DNA of 64,000 nt from Alphaproteobacteria bacterium (GCA_965201115.1 OZ241745.1:1810449-1874448), one strand, 5' to 3'. Counted from the first letter of the stretch, positions 1 through 10,383 are shown. Notes: generated by a model from the letters alone, not told the origin. Made by a program: numbers and translations.

Positions 1-822
1 CAGCTGCGTTTCCTTGAAATTGGCCACGATATAGGTGTCGTAGAGCGGCACCACGGCCATGGTGGGCCAGCCGGCCTCGGTGTACATGCCGGGCTCCACG
101 CGCAGATTGCCGATTACCCCGTCCAGCGGCGAGACCACGACCGTGTCGGTGAGCGCGATCTCGGCCGAGTCGAGCGCCGAAGCCGCCTGCGCCGCCAGGG
201 CGCGCAAGCGATCGATCTCGCGCTCGAGCCGCCGGATTTCGCTGTCGAAAACGGGGAGGCGCTCGCGCGCCGCCGCAAGTTCGGCGTCCGCATGCGCCAC
301 GTCGGCGACCGCGGTGCGGCGCGCGGTGACGACCGCCTCGTATTTTTGGCGGCTGCCCGTTTGGCGCTCGAGCAATTCGCGGTAGCGCTCCACCTCGCGC
401 CCGGCCTGGTCGGCGCGCGCCCGCGCGGCCTCCGCCCGCGCCGCCGCCTTCGCGATCAGCGATTGCTGCAGCCGCCGCTGCGCGCTGACGTTTTCCACCG
501 TCGCGAGACCGATCTCCACGTCGGCTTCCGCCGCGCGCAGCTCCGCCCGCGCCGCATCGACCGCCGCCTCGAAGCGATCGCCGCGAATGGTGAACAGCGG
601 TTCGCCGGCGCGCACGGTCTGGTGCGACGAGACGTGGATTTCCTCGATATAACCGTCGATCAGGCTGGCGATCATCGCCGTGTTGCCGCGCACATAGGCG
701 TTGTCGGTGGACACCACGAGCTGGCGCAGCTCCCACCAGTTCACGCCGTAAGCGCCGCCGGCCAGCGCGAGCCCCGCGAAGCCGACGCCGAACGCCGTGG
801 TTCGCAATTTCCGGATGCCCAT
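1..822 (-). CDS. HlyD/EmrA-family efflux periplasmic adaptor (3' end runs off window)
   Basis: Manual translation from ATG at 822: N-terminal TM segment, 'STDNAYVRG', coiled-coil hairpin, 'VVSPLDGVIGN', 'YIVANFKETQL'; not in the ORF track because there is no stop in the window. Confidence 0.85.
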   Translation of the reverse strand, partial: MGIRKLRTTAFGVGFAGLALAGGAYGVNWWELRQLVVSTDNAYVRGNTAMIASLIDGYIEEIHVSSHQTVRAGEPLFTIRGDRFEAAVDAARAELRAAEADVEIGLATVENVSAQRRLQQSLIAKAAARAEAARARADQAGREVERYRELLERQTGSRQKYEAVVTARRTAVADVAHADAELAAARERLPVFDSEIRRLEREIDRLRALAAQAASALDSAEIALTDTVVVSPLDGVIGNLRVEPGMYTEAGWPTMAVVPLYDTYIVANFKETQL

Positions 823-988
823 CGCCGCAAGCGCTCCGCGCGGAAACATTCCCGATTGCCGACGAGGGTTAACATGGACCGCGCGAGGCTTGCGCGCAAC
901 GCCAGTCATGCAATGCAGCTGTGCAAAAACCGTATGGCCGCGGCGCGCTATACTGGGCCGCGGCGCGGCGGACGGGGAGAGCGGAGCC

Positions 989-1837
989 ATGACGGCGATC
1001 TTCGACGACTCCGGCGGCGCGGCCGTCGAGGCGCTGGCCGCGCTTGTACCCGACGGCGCCTCGGTCGTATCGCCGACCGACCGCAACGGCGCGCCGATGG
1101 CGGCGACCTTCGCGCTGCTGCGCCGCGGCGCGCGCGGCCTGCGGCTCGTCGGCGGCCCGACAAGCGGCCTGCAGGCCGAGTTGCTGATCGGCGCCGGCGC
1201 GGCGAGCGAAATCGAGACCGCCGCGGTGACGCTCGGCGAATACGGCGCCGCGCCGCGCTTTCGCGCCGCCGTCGAGGCGGGGCGCATCGCGGTGCGCGAT
1301 ACGACATGCCCGGCGCTGCACGCCGGCTTGCAGGCGGCGGAAAAGGGAGTCCCTTTCATGCCCCTGCGCGGGCTGATCGGCTCCGACCTGCTCCGGGCGC
1401 GCCCCGACTGGCGGGTTATCGACAACCCGTTCGCCGGGGACGCGGACCCCGTCGCGCTGCTGCCCGCGCTCCGGCCCGACATTGCGCTCATCCACGCGCC
1501 GCGCGCCGACCGGCATGGCAATGCCTGGATCGGCATGAGGCGCGAGGCGATGACGATGGCGCACGCCGCGCGGCGCACGCTGGTTACCGTGGAGACTTTC
1601 GTCGAAGGCGATCTGTTCGACGATCCGGACGCGGCGCCGGGAACGCTGTCGTCGCTTTATGTAGAGGCGGTCGCCGCGGCGCCGGGCGGGGCGTGGCCGG
1701 TAGGTCTCGGCGCGCTGTATCCGCCCGACGACGCGGCGCTGCGCGCCTATTGCGCGGCGGCGGCGACCGAAGCGGGCTTCGCGCGCGCGCTGGCCGCGCT
1801 TCTCGATCCGCCGCGCGCCCGCGCCGCCGCCGCGTGA
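989..1837 (+). CDS. CoA-transferase subunit A (GctA/family I-like)
   Basis: 'ALHAGLQAAEKGVPFMPLRGLIGSDL', 'LPALRPDIALIHAPRADRHGN'; RBS-like GGAG before ATG 989. Confidence 0.85.
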   Translation: MTAIFDDSGGAAVEALAALVPDGASVVSPTDRNGAPMAATFALLRRGARGLRLVGGPTSGLQAELLIGAGAASEIETAAVTLGEYGAAPRFRAAVEAGRIAVRDTTCPALHAGLQAAEKGVPFMPLRGLIGSDLLRARPDWRVIDNPFAGDADPVALLPALRPDIALIHAPRADRHGNAWIGMRREAMTMAHAARRTLVTVETFVEGDLFDDPDAAPGTLSSLYVEAVAAAPGGAWPVGLGALYPPDDAALRAYCAAAATEAGFARALAALLDPPRARAAAA

Positions 1838-2580
1838 GCGCCGCGGCGCCCGCCTGGAGCCCGCGCGAACTCCTCGCCGTTGCGCTTTCGCGGCGCCTGC
1901 CGGAGCGCGGGCACGTCGTGGTCGGCGCGGTGTCGCCGGTTCCGGCGGCGGCGGCGCTGTTGGCGGAGCGCCGCGCGGGCGGCGGGCTGCGCGTGAGCAT
2001 TCTCGGCGCGCCGCGGCATTTCCGCTTCAGCGACGGCGGGCGCGAATTGTTCGACGCCGCCGGGCAGGGCCGCATCGACGCCTTCTTCCTGAGCGGCGGC
2101 CAAATCGACGGACGCGCCAACATCAACCTCGTCGGCGCGGGCGGGCGCTATCCGCGTGTTGGGGCGCGCTTCCCCGGCTCGTTCGGCTCGGCGTACATGT
2201 ACTACGTCGTGCCGAAGGTCATCCTGTTTCGCGAGGAGCACACGCCGCGCGTTCTCGTAAGGCGCGTCGATTTCGTCAGTGCGCCGGGGGTAAGCCCGCC
2301 GGGCGTCTATCGCCCCGGCGGCCCTGCGGCGCTGGTCACGGGGCGCGCGGCGTTTGCGTTCGACCGCGGCGCGGCGCGCTTCGCGCTCGACAGCGTCCAC
2401 CCGGGGGAAACGGTCGAATCGGTGCGCGCGGCGACGGGCTTCGATTTCGCGGCGCCGCCCGGCGCGGGCGAAACCCCGCCGCCCGGCGCGGAAGCGCTGG
2501 CCGAACTGCGCGGCCCGGTGCGCGAGGCGCTGGCGCCGATCTACCCCGCTTTCGCCGCAACGCTGCGCCCGCCGCGGTAG
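1834..2580 (+). CDS. CoA-transferase subunit B
   Basis: GTGA-coupled to subunit A; 'FFLSGGQIDGRANINL', 'RFPGSFGS', 'VHPGETVESVRAATGF'. Confidence 0.85.
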   Translation: MSAAAPAWSPRELLAVALSRRLPERGHVVVGAVSPVPAAAALLAERRAGGGLRVSILGAPRHFRFSDGGRELFDAAGQGRIDAFFLSGGQIDGRANINLVGAGGRYPRVGARFPGSFGSAYMYYVVPKVILFREEHTPRVLVRRVDFVSAPGVSPPGVYRPGGPAALVTGRAAFAFDRGAARFALDSVHPGETVESVRAATGFDFAAPPGAGETPPPGAEALAELRGPVREALAPIYPAFAATLRPPR

Positions 2581-2611
2581 CGCCGAACCGCCGCGGAAAA
2601 CAGGGAGCGCC

Positions 2612-3094
2612 ATGACCGCCCGCAAGACGCTGTTTCTGTCGAACGCCTACGGTTTCTCCGCGCAGCAGCGCGCGGGGCCGCTGGCGGCGCTCGCCGCCGC
2701 GCTGGAGGCCGCCGGCGCCGAGGTGTGGGAGCCGTTCGCGCGCAACAACCAGGACCCGCGCGCGCGGCCCGGCTGGGCGTGGCGCATCGGCCAGGCCGAT
2801 TTCCGCGACGTGCGCGAGGCCGACGGCCTGTTCGCCGTCGTGAACGGCTGCCCGCCCGACGAAGGCGTGATGGTCGAGCTCGGCATGGCCATCGCCTTGC
2901 GCAAGCCCGTCTTCCTGTTCCGCGACGACTGGCGCCGCAGCGCCGATTGCGAGGAATACCCCCTGAACCTGATGATCTTCACCGGCCTGCCCGAGGTCGG
3001 CTGGCAGGCGTACTACTACCGCTCGCTCGACGAAATCCCCGACCCCGGCAAGGCGCTCGCCGAATGGCTTCGCGGCGCGGACGCATCTGCGTGA
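2612..3094 (+). CDS. Nucleoside 2-deoxyribosyltransferase family protein
   Basis: 'PPDEGVMVELGMAIALRKPVFLFRDD..YPLNLMI' motif. Confidence 0.85.
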   Translation: MTARKTLFLSNAYGFSAQQRAGPLAALAAALEAAGAEVWEPFARNNQDPRARPGWAWRIGQADFRDVREADGLFAVVNGCPPDEGVMVELGMAIALRKPVFLFRDDWRRSADCEEYPLNLMIFTGLPEVGWQAYYYRSLDEIPDPGKALAEWLRGADASA

Positions 3095-3374
3095 CGAACG
3101 GCCAACGGGGGCCGCGCCGCGGCAGCCCGGCCGCGGGTGTCGAAACGCGCATGAACGCCCAATCCCCCGACCGGCGACAAACCCGGCAAACACAGTGTAT
3201 CGTCCGACATGGCCGGCTGGAACTCCAGGGGCGTGAAAACGATGCGAGCTCGCAACCGCATTCGTACAACACGCCAACTGCTTGGCGAATAATCCGGGGG
3301 TACGGCGGCGGCGAGGGACCGGGCGGCCATTCGATCCCGGCCGGCGTCTTCCGGATGCCGGCGCGCCGGGGCCG

Positions 3375-4634
3375 TTACCCTCCGGGCCCGTTGTTCCGGG
3401 CGAGGCGGGATATCCTGCTCTCCGAGACCATCCCGTCCGCTATTCCTTTCAGGGTAACATAGGGTTGCAGGAGCGGGTTTATGAAGCGGTAGCGATACCG
3501 CCGATTTTGCCCCTGTTTCTGGAGAACCGGCCCGCGCGCCGCGCTTGTAAAGCTGTTCAGATGTCTGGAATAGCTCGATATATCGCACGGCCGCTTCATT
3601 ATGGCGCTCATGGGGCCGCGGACCGCGGCGGCGGTGAAATAGCCGTGCGAATCGTTGGGCGCCAGGGCCGACGCCAAAAGGACCTGCCCGAAACGGCTGT
3701 CCGTTCTCGGGCTTGCCGTGGCTTGGCTGTACAGATTCCGAATCGACAACTGGCTTTCGTGCAGAGCTCCGTTTATCGCTTCCTTGATGTCTGCTGGCTC
3801 GACCTCCAGCGACTCGCGGGCAAGCGCCGCCTGGGCGGCATGCAGACCCAACAGGTGCGCGTAGTGCGGGAGCCCGTGCGACAGGCGCGATATCCGTCGC
3901 AGCGTCTCGTCCTTTATCGACATGCCCAGGGCCCGCGTCAGGCGTTTCACGATAATCTCGTCGATCTCTTCCATCGACATGCGCGGCATCCGGATTTGAG
4001 CCAGGGATCGCTCCACGGATTGGTGATGATCGATCAGCCGGTCCACCGAGTCCGCGACGCCGACCGGTATAATCGTTGCGTTAACGGATCGATCCGACAG
4101 CAATTTTATCGTGTCGGAAAAGAGACCGGTCTGATCCCGGCGCATTCGATCGAATTCATCGACAACGATTATCATTGCCCGGGATTCGACGATTGGCGAC
4201 AAAACCCGCCTGACGGTTTCCGGCGAGGTTCCGTTCTCCAGGTAATCCGACAAGGCCGAGGCGACGGTTTCCGTTTCCGACGCGAAACCTATCCGTTGCT
4301 TGTCCTCGGAAACGGCAATGTTGGAGAATATCTTTCTCCACACGGACGCAAACGTATCGTTTGCGTCGCAGCTGACAAGGACCACAGGAATGCCCCCGGC
4401 GCCGCCGAAATGTTCGATCAACGGTTGCAGAACATTGACCAGCGACGTTTTGCCGACGCCGCGCTCGCCGTACAGCACGGCGTGCTGCCCCCGCCGGGCG
4501 CAGGCGGTCAGTATTTCCTTGAATTGATTCAATCGGCCGGCAAGCAGATCCAGCGAGTCGATGGGCGCCGAGGGGCTGAACACCGTGTTCGCCCGAAGCG
4601 ACAGCCGATCGTATTCCGGGAGCTCCGCCGCCAT
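3375..4634 (-). CDS. AAA+ ATPase (Orc1/Cdc6-like architecture, probable C-terminal winged helix)
   Basis: 'LAGR', Walker A GERGVGKT, Walker B IIVVDEFD, 'SHGLPHY', C-terminal 'YRYRFINPLL'. Confidence 0.75.
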   Translation of the reverse strand: MAAELPEYDRLSLRANTVFSPSAPIDSLDLLAGRLNQFKEILTACARRGQHAVLYGERGVGKTSLVNVLQPLIEHFGGAGGIPVVLVSCDANDTFASVWRKIFSNIAVSEDKQRIGFASETETVASALSDYLENGTSPETVRRVLSPIVESRAMIIVVDEFDRMRRDQTGLFSDTIKLLSDRSVNATIIPVGVADSVDRLIDHHQSVERSLAQIRMPRMSMEEIDEIIVKRLTRALGMSIKDETLRRISRLSHGLPHYAHLLGLHAAQAALARESLEVEPADIKEAINGALHESQLSIRNLYSQATASPRTDSRFGQVLLASALAPNDSHGYFTAAAVRGPMSAIMKRPCDISSYSRHLNSFTSAARGPVLQKQGQNRRYRYRFINPLLQPYVTLKGIADGMVSESRISRLARNNGPGG

Positions 4635-4716
4635 GTCCGGTTGCTTTTCGATCCCGCCGCGCCCGGACCGCCGGGCGGGCAGTCGAGCCGATTCGCGGCG
4701 CCGCGGGCGCGCGCGC

Positions 4717-5829
4717 CTATTCCGCCGCCACCTTCGTTTCCGACGCCTCGACGCGGGGGGCGACCTCGCGGATGGTGAGCTCCATCGAGCGCATGGCGTT
4801 GGCCGCCGGCATGCCGCCCAGATTGGGCCACAGCACGAACTCCGTAATGCCCAGACGGTCGCGCAAATTGCACAGTTTCTCGGCGCAGACCGCGGGCTCG
4901 TCGGCGATGGCGGCGCCGTGTTCGTACAGTTTCTCGAACGACAGATAGCCGCCCGACAGCGTCTTGCGGCTCTCGGCCATGGTGAGTTCGTAGCCCTTCA
5001 CCACCTCGGGCTGCCCGGCGACCGATTTCTGGTTGCGCGTCACCTTGGCGTAAAACCACTCCACGCGCTCGCCGAAGGTTTCCCGCGCCTCCGCGCCGTC
5101 CTCCGCCGCGTAGTACGGCAGCAGCATCATGCGTTCGCCGCCTTTCGGGTCGAGCCCGCGCGCGGCGCGTTCGTCTTCGTAGGCGCGGATGCTTTCCGCC
5201 AGCCGGTCGACCCACCGCTCGCGATAGGTGCGGTAGCTGAACGGCGAGGCGATTTGCAGGTTGCAGCCCATGCGCGCCGCGGTGCGGAAGCTTTCCGGCG
5301 AGATGCAAGCCTGATAGATCGGCGGGTGGGGCTTCTGCGCGGGTTTCGGCAGCACTTCCACGGGTTCGGGGATGGTCCAGAACCTGCCCTTGTGCGCGAT
5401 CTTCTCCCCGGTCCAGGCGCGGATCACGATGTCGAGGCCTTCGTCGTACATGGCGCGGCTGTCTTCCATCGGCAGGCCGAGGCCGAGGAACTCGTGCGGC
5501 TGATACGCCCGTCCGGCGCCGAACAGCAGCCGCCCGTGCGACAGCACGTCCACCAGCGCGAAATCCGACGCCGTGCGCAGCGGGTGGTTGAACGGGATCA
5601 CGACCACCGCCGTGCCGATGGCGATGCGGCTCGTGCGCGCGGCGACGGCGGCGGCATAGACCTGCGTCGAGGTCACCACGCCGTAGTTCGAGAACAGATG
5701 CTCGGCGAGCCAGACCGTGTCGTATCCCAGTTCTTCCGCGCGCTGGAAATACGCCATGTCGCTGTCGAACGACTCGGTCGTGCGTTCGGAATCGGGGATC
5801 TGGCTCAGGCTGAAAACGCCCCACTTCAT
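4717..5829 (-). CDS. LLM-class flavin-dependent oxidoreductase (luciferase-like)
   Basis: 'AEELGYDTVWLAEHLF', 'DVLSHGRLLFGAGRAY', 'PKPAQKPHPP'. Confidence 0.9.
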   Translation of the reverse strand: MKWGVFSLSQIPDSERTTESFDSDMAYFQRAEELGYDTVWLAEHLFSNYGVVTSTQVYAAAVAARTSRIAIGTAVVVIPFNHPLRTASDFALVDVLSHGRLLFGAGRAYQPHEFLGLGLPMEDSRAMYDEGLDIVIRAWTGEKIAHKGRFWTIPEPVEVLPKPAQKPHPPIYQACISPESFRTAARMGCNLQIASPFSYRTYRERWVDRLAESIRAYEDERAARGLDPKGGERMMLLPYYAAEDGAEARETFGERVEWFYAKVTRNQKSVAGQPEVVKGYELTMAESRKTLSGGYLSFEKLYEHGAAIADEPAVCAEKLCNLRDRLGITEFVLWPNLGGMPAANAMRSMELTIREVAPRVEASETKVAAE

Positions 5830-5890
5830 GACGGCCTCCCTGTTCGGCGTTGCGGCGCCACTATACCCGCCCGCGGCGGCGCGCGCATCG

Positions 5891-6313
5891 TCACCGCGCG
5901 GCGATGGCGATGACCCCGAGCGCGCCGATGGCCGCCGCCGACAGCGGCTTGCGCAGGCCCATATACCACGGCGGCGCGAGCCCCGCCCGGGCGGCGCGCG
6001 CGTCGATGGCGAAGGCCGCCGCGAAACCGCCGATCAGCAGCAGCGTGCGCAGGGTCGGGTGGACCGCCGCGAGCGCCACCCACGCGATGGCGACCGGCGC
6101 CGCGCCGGCGATATACCAGCCGCCGCGCGCGCCCGCCGCGGCGGCGAAGCCCCACAGCGCCGCCCCCGGCGCGGCGAGCGCCAGCGCGGCGAAATTGGTG
6201 GCGTGGAAAAACGCCGTCGCGCGCACCCAGTCGGGGCCGATGACCGCCGCCGCGGCGCCGAGAACCAGCGGCGCCGCGCTCGCCGCGCCGAGCCACAGCG
6301 CCGCCCGCGGCAT
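5891..6313 (-). CDS. DUF3429-like membrane protein
   Basis: Four hydrophobic segments, 'GAALWG', C-terminal 'PPWYMGLRKPLS'. Confidence 0.65.
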   Translation of the reverse strand: MPRAALWLGAASAAPLVLGAAAAVIGPDWVRATAFFHATNFAALALAAPGAALWGFAAAAGARGGWYIAGAAPVAIAWVALAAVHPTLRTLLLIGGFAAAFAIDARAARAGLAPPWYMGLRKPLSAAAIGALGVIAIAAR

Positions 6314-6323
6314 GGCGCGCCCG

Positions 6324-6608
6324 CTAGAGATTGTCCATGAACGCGGCGAGCTCGATGTCGCGGGCCGTCACGCCGCCCGCGTCGTGCGTCGCCAGCGTCA
6401 CCTCGACGCGGTTATGGACGTTGGTCCATTCCGGGTGGTGGTCCATGCTCTCGGCCTTGAGCGCCGCGCGGCACATCCACCCGAAGGCGGCGTTGAAATC
6501 GGCGAAGCGCCAGCTCTTGACGATGGCGCCGCCGCCCGGCGCGGCGGTCCAGCCGTCGAGCCCGGCAAGCGCGGCGGCGAGGGCGTCTCCGGCGAGTTTC
6601 TCCGGCAT
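6324..6608 (-). CDS. phhB: Pterin-4-alpha-carbinolamine dehydratase
   Basis: 'AESMDHHPEWTNVHNRVEVTLATHDAGGVT' signature. Confidence 0.93.
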   Translation of the reverse strand: MPEKLAGDALAAALAGLDGWTAAPGGGAIVKSWRFADFNAAFGWMCRAALKAESMDHHPEWTNVHNRVEVTLATHDAGGVTARDIELAAFMDNL

Positions 6609-6622
6609 TGTCGTCTCCCTGC

Positions 6623-6654
6623 GGCGAATCGGCGAACCGGCGAATCGGCGAATC
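6623..6654. repeat. 4 x 8-bp tandem repeat GGCGAA(T/C)C in the phhB/amidohydrolase divergent intergenic region
   Basis: ggcgaatc-ggcgaacc-ggcgaatc-ggcgaatc read directly. Confidence 0.8.
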
Positions 6655-6784
6655 GGTCGGCGGCGGGCGCGACCATACCCGCTTTCCGCCGCCTGCGCGA
6701 AGGGGCGCGCGAAGGCGCGGCGCGGTGTATGATGGCGCCCGCCGCCGCGACGCGGGAGAGCCCCCGAGCCATGAAGTGCGCGCC

Positions 6785-7972
6785 ATGAAATACGAGACCA
6801 TCTCCGCCGACTGCCATATCGACCTGGTATGGCTGCCGCCCGACCTGTTCACGGCCAACGCGCCCCCGGCGCTCGCCGATCGCATGCCCTACGTGACCCA
6901 GGGCAGGAAGGGGCCGGAATGGGTAAGCCGCAACGGCGCGCGTTTCGGCCTGCAAAACGGCATGGGCTCGGCGGGGCGCGAATACGTGCCCGGCCAGATC
7001 CGCCGCTCCGACCGCATGGCCGAAACCGGCCTCTACGAAGACGGCAAGCGGGGCGTGCGGCGCCTTACCGATCCCGGCCTGCGCCTCGCCGACCAGGACC
7101 GAGACGGGGTTCAGGGCGAGGTGCTTTACGGCATTCTCGGCGCCGCGCAGCGCCTCGGCGACCCGCCCGCCGCGACCGCGATGATGGAAATCTACAACCG
7201 CTGGCTCGCCGAATTCTGCGGCGCCCATCCCGCGCGCTACGCCGGCGTCGCCGCCATACCGGGCCACGACATCGCGGCCGCCGCGCGCGAGATCGAGCGC
7301 GTCGGCGCCGAGGGCGTATTGCGCGGCGTGGAGATCCCCCTCGCGCGCGGCATGGCGCCGCTCTACGATCCGCAATGGGAGCCGCTGTGGGCGGCCGCGG
7401 CGGCGGCGCGCCTGCCCGTCCACTTCCACACCATCGGCGATGCGCCGCCGCGGCTCGACGGCTTGCCGAAACTGCGCCAGCGCCAGGCGTGGGCGGTGTT
7501 CATCTCCGGCTTCCAGCTCGGCATGGCGCGCTATCTGATGGAGGTCGTGTTCGGCGGCGTGCTCGAACGCCATCCCGCCCTGACGATAGTGATCGGCGAG
7601 AGCGGAATCGGCTGGATCCCCTATGTTCTCGACCGCATGGACTTGGAGTGGGAAGACCAGTTCCGCGACCTGACGCTGACCATGAAGCCGTCGCTCTACT
7701 GGCGGCGGCAGTGCCGCGCGACCTATCAATCCGACCCCGTGGGCGTGAAACTGCTCGACGAACTGGGCGACGACAACGTGATGTGGGGGTCGGATTTTCC
7801 GCACCCCGACGGCGTCTGGCCCGACAGCCGGGAGTTCATCGCCCGCGAGCTCGGCCATCTTCCCGCCGCGCGGCGGCGCAAGATCGTTTGCGAAAACGCC
7901 GCGCGGCTATACGGTTTCCCCATCGGCGACGATAACGGCGAACGAGGCGAACGAGAGGAGCGCGCGCCATGA
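6785..7972 (+). CDS. Amidohydrolase_2 family protein
   Basis: 'ISADCHI', 'PVHFH', 'ESGIGWIPY', 'WGSDFPHPD', 'ENAARLY'. Confidence 0.9.
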   Translation: MKYETISADCHIDLVWLPPDLFTANAPPALADRMPYVTQGRKGPEWVSRNGARFGLQNGMGSAGREYVPGQIRRSDRMAETGLYEDGKRGVRRLTDPGLRLADQDRDGVQGEVLYGILGAAQRLGDPPAATAMMEIYNRWLAEFCGAHPARYAGVAAIPGHDIAAAAREIERVGAEGVLRGVEIPLARGMAPLYDPQWEPLWAAAAAARLPVHFHTIGDAPPRLDGLPKLRQRQAWAVFISGFQLGMARYLMEVVFGGVLERHPALTIVIGESGIGWIPYVLDRMDLEWEDQFRDLTLTMKPSLYWRRQCRATYQSDPVGVKLLDELGDDNVMWGSDFPHPDGVWPDSREFIARELGHLPAARRRKIVCENAARLYGFPIGDDNGERGEREERAP

Positions 7973-9003
7973 AACTGGGGCTTCTGCTGGGGCTGGCGAC
8001 GGCGGATTTCCGCATCGATATCGAGCGCATTCGCGAGGCCGAGGCGCTGGGCTGCGATTCGGTGTGGAGCAGCGAGGCCTACGGCTCCGACGCCGTAAGC
8101 CCGGCCGCGTGGGTGCTGGCCCAAACCTCGCGGATACGCGTGGGCACGGCGATCATGCAGATCGCGGCGCGCACCCCCGCCGCGGCCGCCGGAACGGCCA
8201 TGACCCTCGACAGGCTGTCGGGCGGGCGCTTCATGCTCGGCCTCGGCCCCTCCGGCCCGCAGGTGGTCGAGGGCTGGCACGGCATGCCCTATGCCGACCC
8301 GCTCGGGCGCATGCGCGAATACATCGCCATCGTCCGCGCCGTCATGCGCCGCGCCGCGCCGGTCGAGTTCGCCGGCGAGCATTACCGCCTGCCCTACGAC
8401 GGGCCGGGCGCCACCGGCCTCGGCAAGCCCCTCAAGAGCATGATGCGCGCCGCGCCGGCCATGCCCATCTACACCGCCGCGATCACCCCCGCGGGGCTGC
8501 GGCTGGCGGCCGCGCTCGCCGACGGCGTGTTCCCCGTTTTCGCCGATCCCGACCGCTGCGCCGCGTTCCGCGAGCCCCTCGAGCGGGGTTTCGCGGAAGC
8601 GGGGCGGGAGCCGGGCGCGTTCGACGCCGCGCCTTTCGTGTGGGTAAACATGGGCGCGGATGTTGCGGAGTGCCGCGCGCCCATCAAGCGCGACCTGGCG
8701 CTCTATATCGGCGGCATGGGCGCGCGGAAGAAGAACTTCTACAACGACTATGCGCGGCGCATGGGCTACGGCGGCGCGGCGGCGGAGATCCAGGACCTGT
8801 TCCTGGGCGGCCGCCGCGCCGAGGCCGCCGCCGCGGTCCCCGACGAACTGGTGGACGCCACATCGCTCGTCGGCCCCGCGGAGCGCATCGTCGAGCGCCT
8901 GCAGGCATGGAAGGAAGCCGGCCGCCGCGGCGACATAACAACCATGCTGCTGCGCGGCGCCTCCCCCGAGGCCCTCCGCGTAATCGCCGCGGAAATGCTC
9001 TGA
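7969..9003 (+). CDS. LLM-class (F420-dependent-like) oxidoreductase
   Basis: 'SEAYGSDA', 'GLGPSGPQVVEGWHG', 'LYIGGMGARKKNFYN'. Confidence 0.88.
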   Translation: MKLGLLLGLATADFRIDIERIREAEALGCDSVWSSEAYGSDAVSPAAWVLAQTSRIRVGTAIMQIAARTPAAAAGTAMTLDRLSGGRFMLGLGPSGPQVVEGWHGMPYADPLGRMREYIAIVRAVMRRAAPVEFAGEHYRLPYDGPGATGLGKPLKSMMRAAPAMPIYTAAITPAGLRLAAALADGVFPVFADPDRCAAFREPLERGFAEAGREPGAFDAAPFVWVNMGADVAECRAPIKRDLALYIGGMGARKKNFYNDYARRMGYGGAAAEIQDLFLGGRRAEAAAAVPDELVDATSLVGPAERIVERLQAWKEAGRRGDITTMLLRGASPEALRVIAAEML

Positions 9004-9022
9004 CCCTCGCGCCCCGCCCCGA

Positions 9023-9190
9023 CCCCGCCGAAGGCGGGGCCCGGGACCGCGGCCTTCCAGGCCGCACGTTGTCTGCGCGGCGCGATGTTGCCCGGCAGTC
9101 GCGGTCTCCGCGTCCTTCCCGGCGTCGTTCGCGGCTGTCGAGACGTGCGGGCAGGGATGCCCGCGGTCCCGGGCCCCGCCTTCGGCGGGG
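9023..9190. repeat. Inverted pair of REP-like elements (REPIN/BIME-like)
   Basis: CCCCGCCGAAGGCGGGG-CCCGGGACCGCGG at 9023 and its reverse complement ending at 9190. Confidence 0.8.
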
Positions 9191-9316
9191 TTGCGCCGCC
9201 CCGCCTGGACGCCGCCCCCATCCGCCCTAATTGACGCGGCGCGGCGCGCTGTTGGCGCCGCCGCCCGCTTCGCCGAATGCCGGGCGCGCCCCGCTCCCTC
9301 CGCCGAGGAGCCGAAC

Positions 9317-10363
9317 ATGGAGTCCGGCCGCTTCCCCGTCCGCGCCGCCGCCCTGGCCGCCGCCGCCCTGGCCGCCGCCTGGACCGCGCACCCCGCCCGC
9401 GCCGACGACATGGAGCGCGCGCTGGCGCTGGCCGCCGGGGCGCGCTACGCCGAGGCCCGCGCCGCGCTCGACCCGCTGCTCGGCGCCGCCGGCGGCCCGC
9501 CGCCCCGCGCGCGCCTCCTGCACGGCGTCCTCCGCGCCCGCGAGGGCCGCCTCGACGACGCCGCGCAAATCCTTGAGGCGCTGCGGCGCGACCGGCCCGA
9601 CATGCCCGAGACATACAACAATCTCGCCGTGCTGCACGCCGCGCGCGGCCGCCCCGGGGAGGCGCTCGCGCTGCTGCGCGGCGCCCTCGAGCGCTGGCCC
9701 GATTTCGCCGCCGCCCACGAAAACCTCGGCGAGGTCCACGCGCAACTCGCGCGCCGCGCCTGGGCGCGGGCGCGCGAACTCGAGCCCGACCGCGAGGCCA
9801 GCGGCTTCGAAAACCTCCTCGCGAGCCTGATCGCGCCCGCCGCGCCCGCCGCGCCGGGCGCGGAGGATGCCGCCGCCGCCGCGGCGCCCGTGGAGCCGCC
9901 CGCGCCGATGGCGCCGCTCTGCGCCGCCGCATGGTTCGAGGACGCCGCCGCCGCCGCCCGCGCCGCCGCGTGGCTGCGCGCGCGCGGCGCGGCGGCCGAA
10001 TCGCGCGCCGAATCGCGCGCCGCCGCGCAATCGCGGGTCTATATCCCGCCGTTCGCCGACCGCGCGGCGGCGGCCGCGGCGCTGCGCGAGCTCCGCGGCC
10101 GCGGCCTGCGCGACGTAGGCGTCATCGGCGACGGACCCCTCGCCAACGGCGTTTCGCTGGGCGTGTTCCGCTCCGCCGACCGCGCGCGCCGCCGCGCCGC
10201 GGAGCTGCGCGGCATGGGCTACGCGCCGCAAATCGAGACCCGCGCCGCGCCCGCCGCCGGATACGCCGTCGAGGCCCGCTTCGCCGCCCCGCCCGGCGCG
10301 CCGCAAGCCGAATGGGCCGCCGCCTGGCCCGCCCGCCCCCTCGCCCCCGCCCCCTGCCGATGA
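9317..10363 (+). CDS. Secreted TPR-repeat protein with C-terminal SPOR-like domain
   Basis: Signal peptide; TPR 'PETYNNLAVLHAARG...AAHENLGEVH'; C-terminal 'RVYIPP...NGVSLGVFRS...LRGMGY'. Confidence 0.75.
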   Translation: MESGRFPVRAAALAAAALAAAWTAHPARADDMERALALAAGARYAEARAALDPLLGAAGGPPPRARLLHGVLRAREGRLDDAAQILEALRRDRPDMPETYNNLAVLHAARGRPGEALALLRGALERWPDFAAAHENLGEVHAQLARRAWARARELEPDREASGFENLLASLIAPAAPAAPGAEDAAAAAAPVEPPAPMAPLCAAAWFEDAAAAARAAAWLRARGAAAESRAESRAAAQSRVYIPPFADRAAAAAALRELRGRGLRDVGVIGDGPLANGVSLGVFRSADRARRRAAELRGMGYAPQIETRAAPAAGYAVEARFAAPPGAPQAEWAAAWPARPLAPAPCR

Positions 10364-10383
10364 ACGCGAACGCCCCGCGCCAA

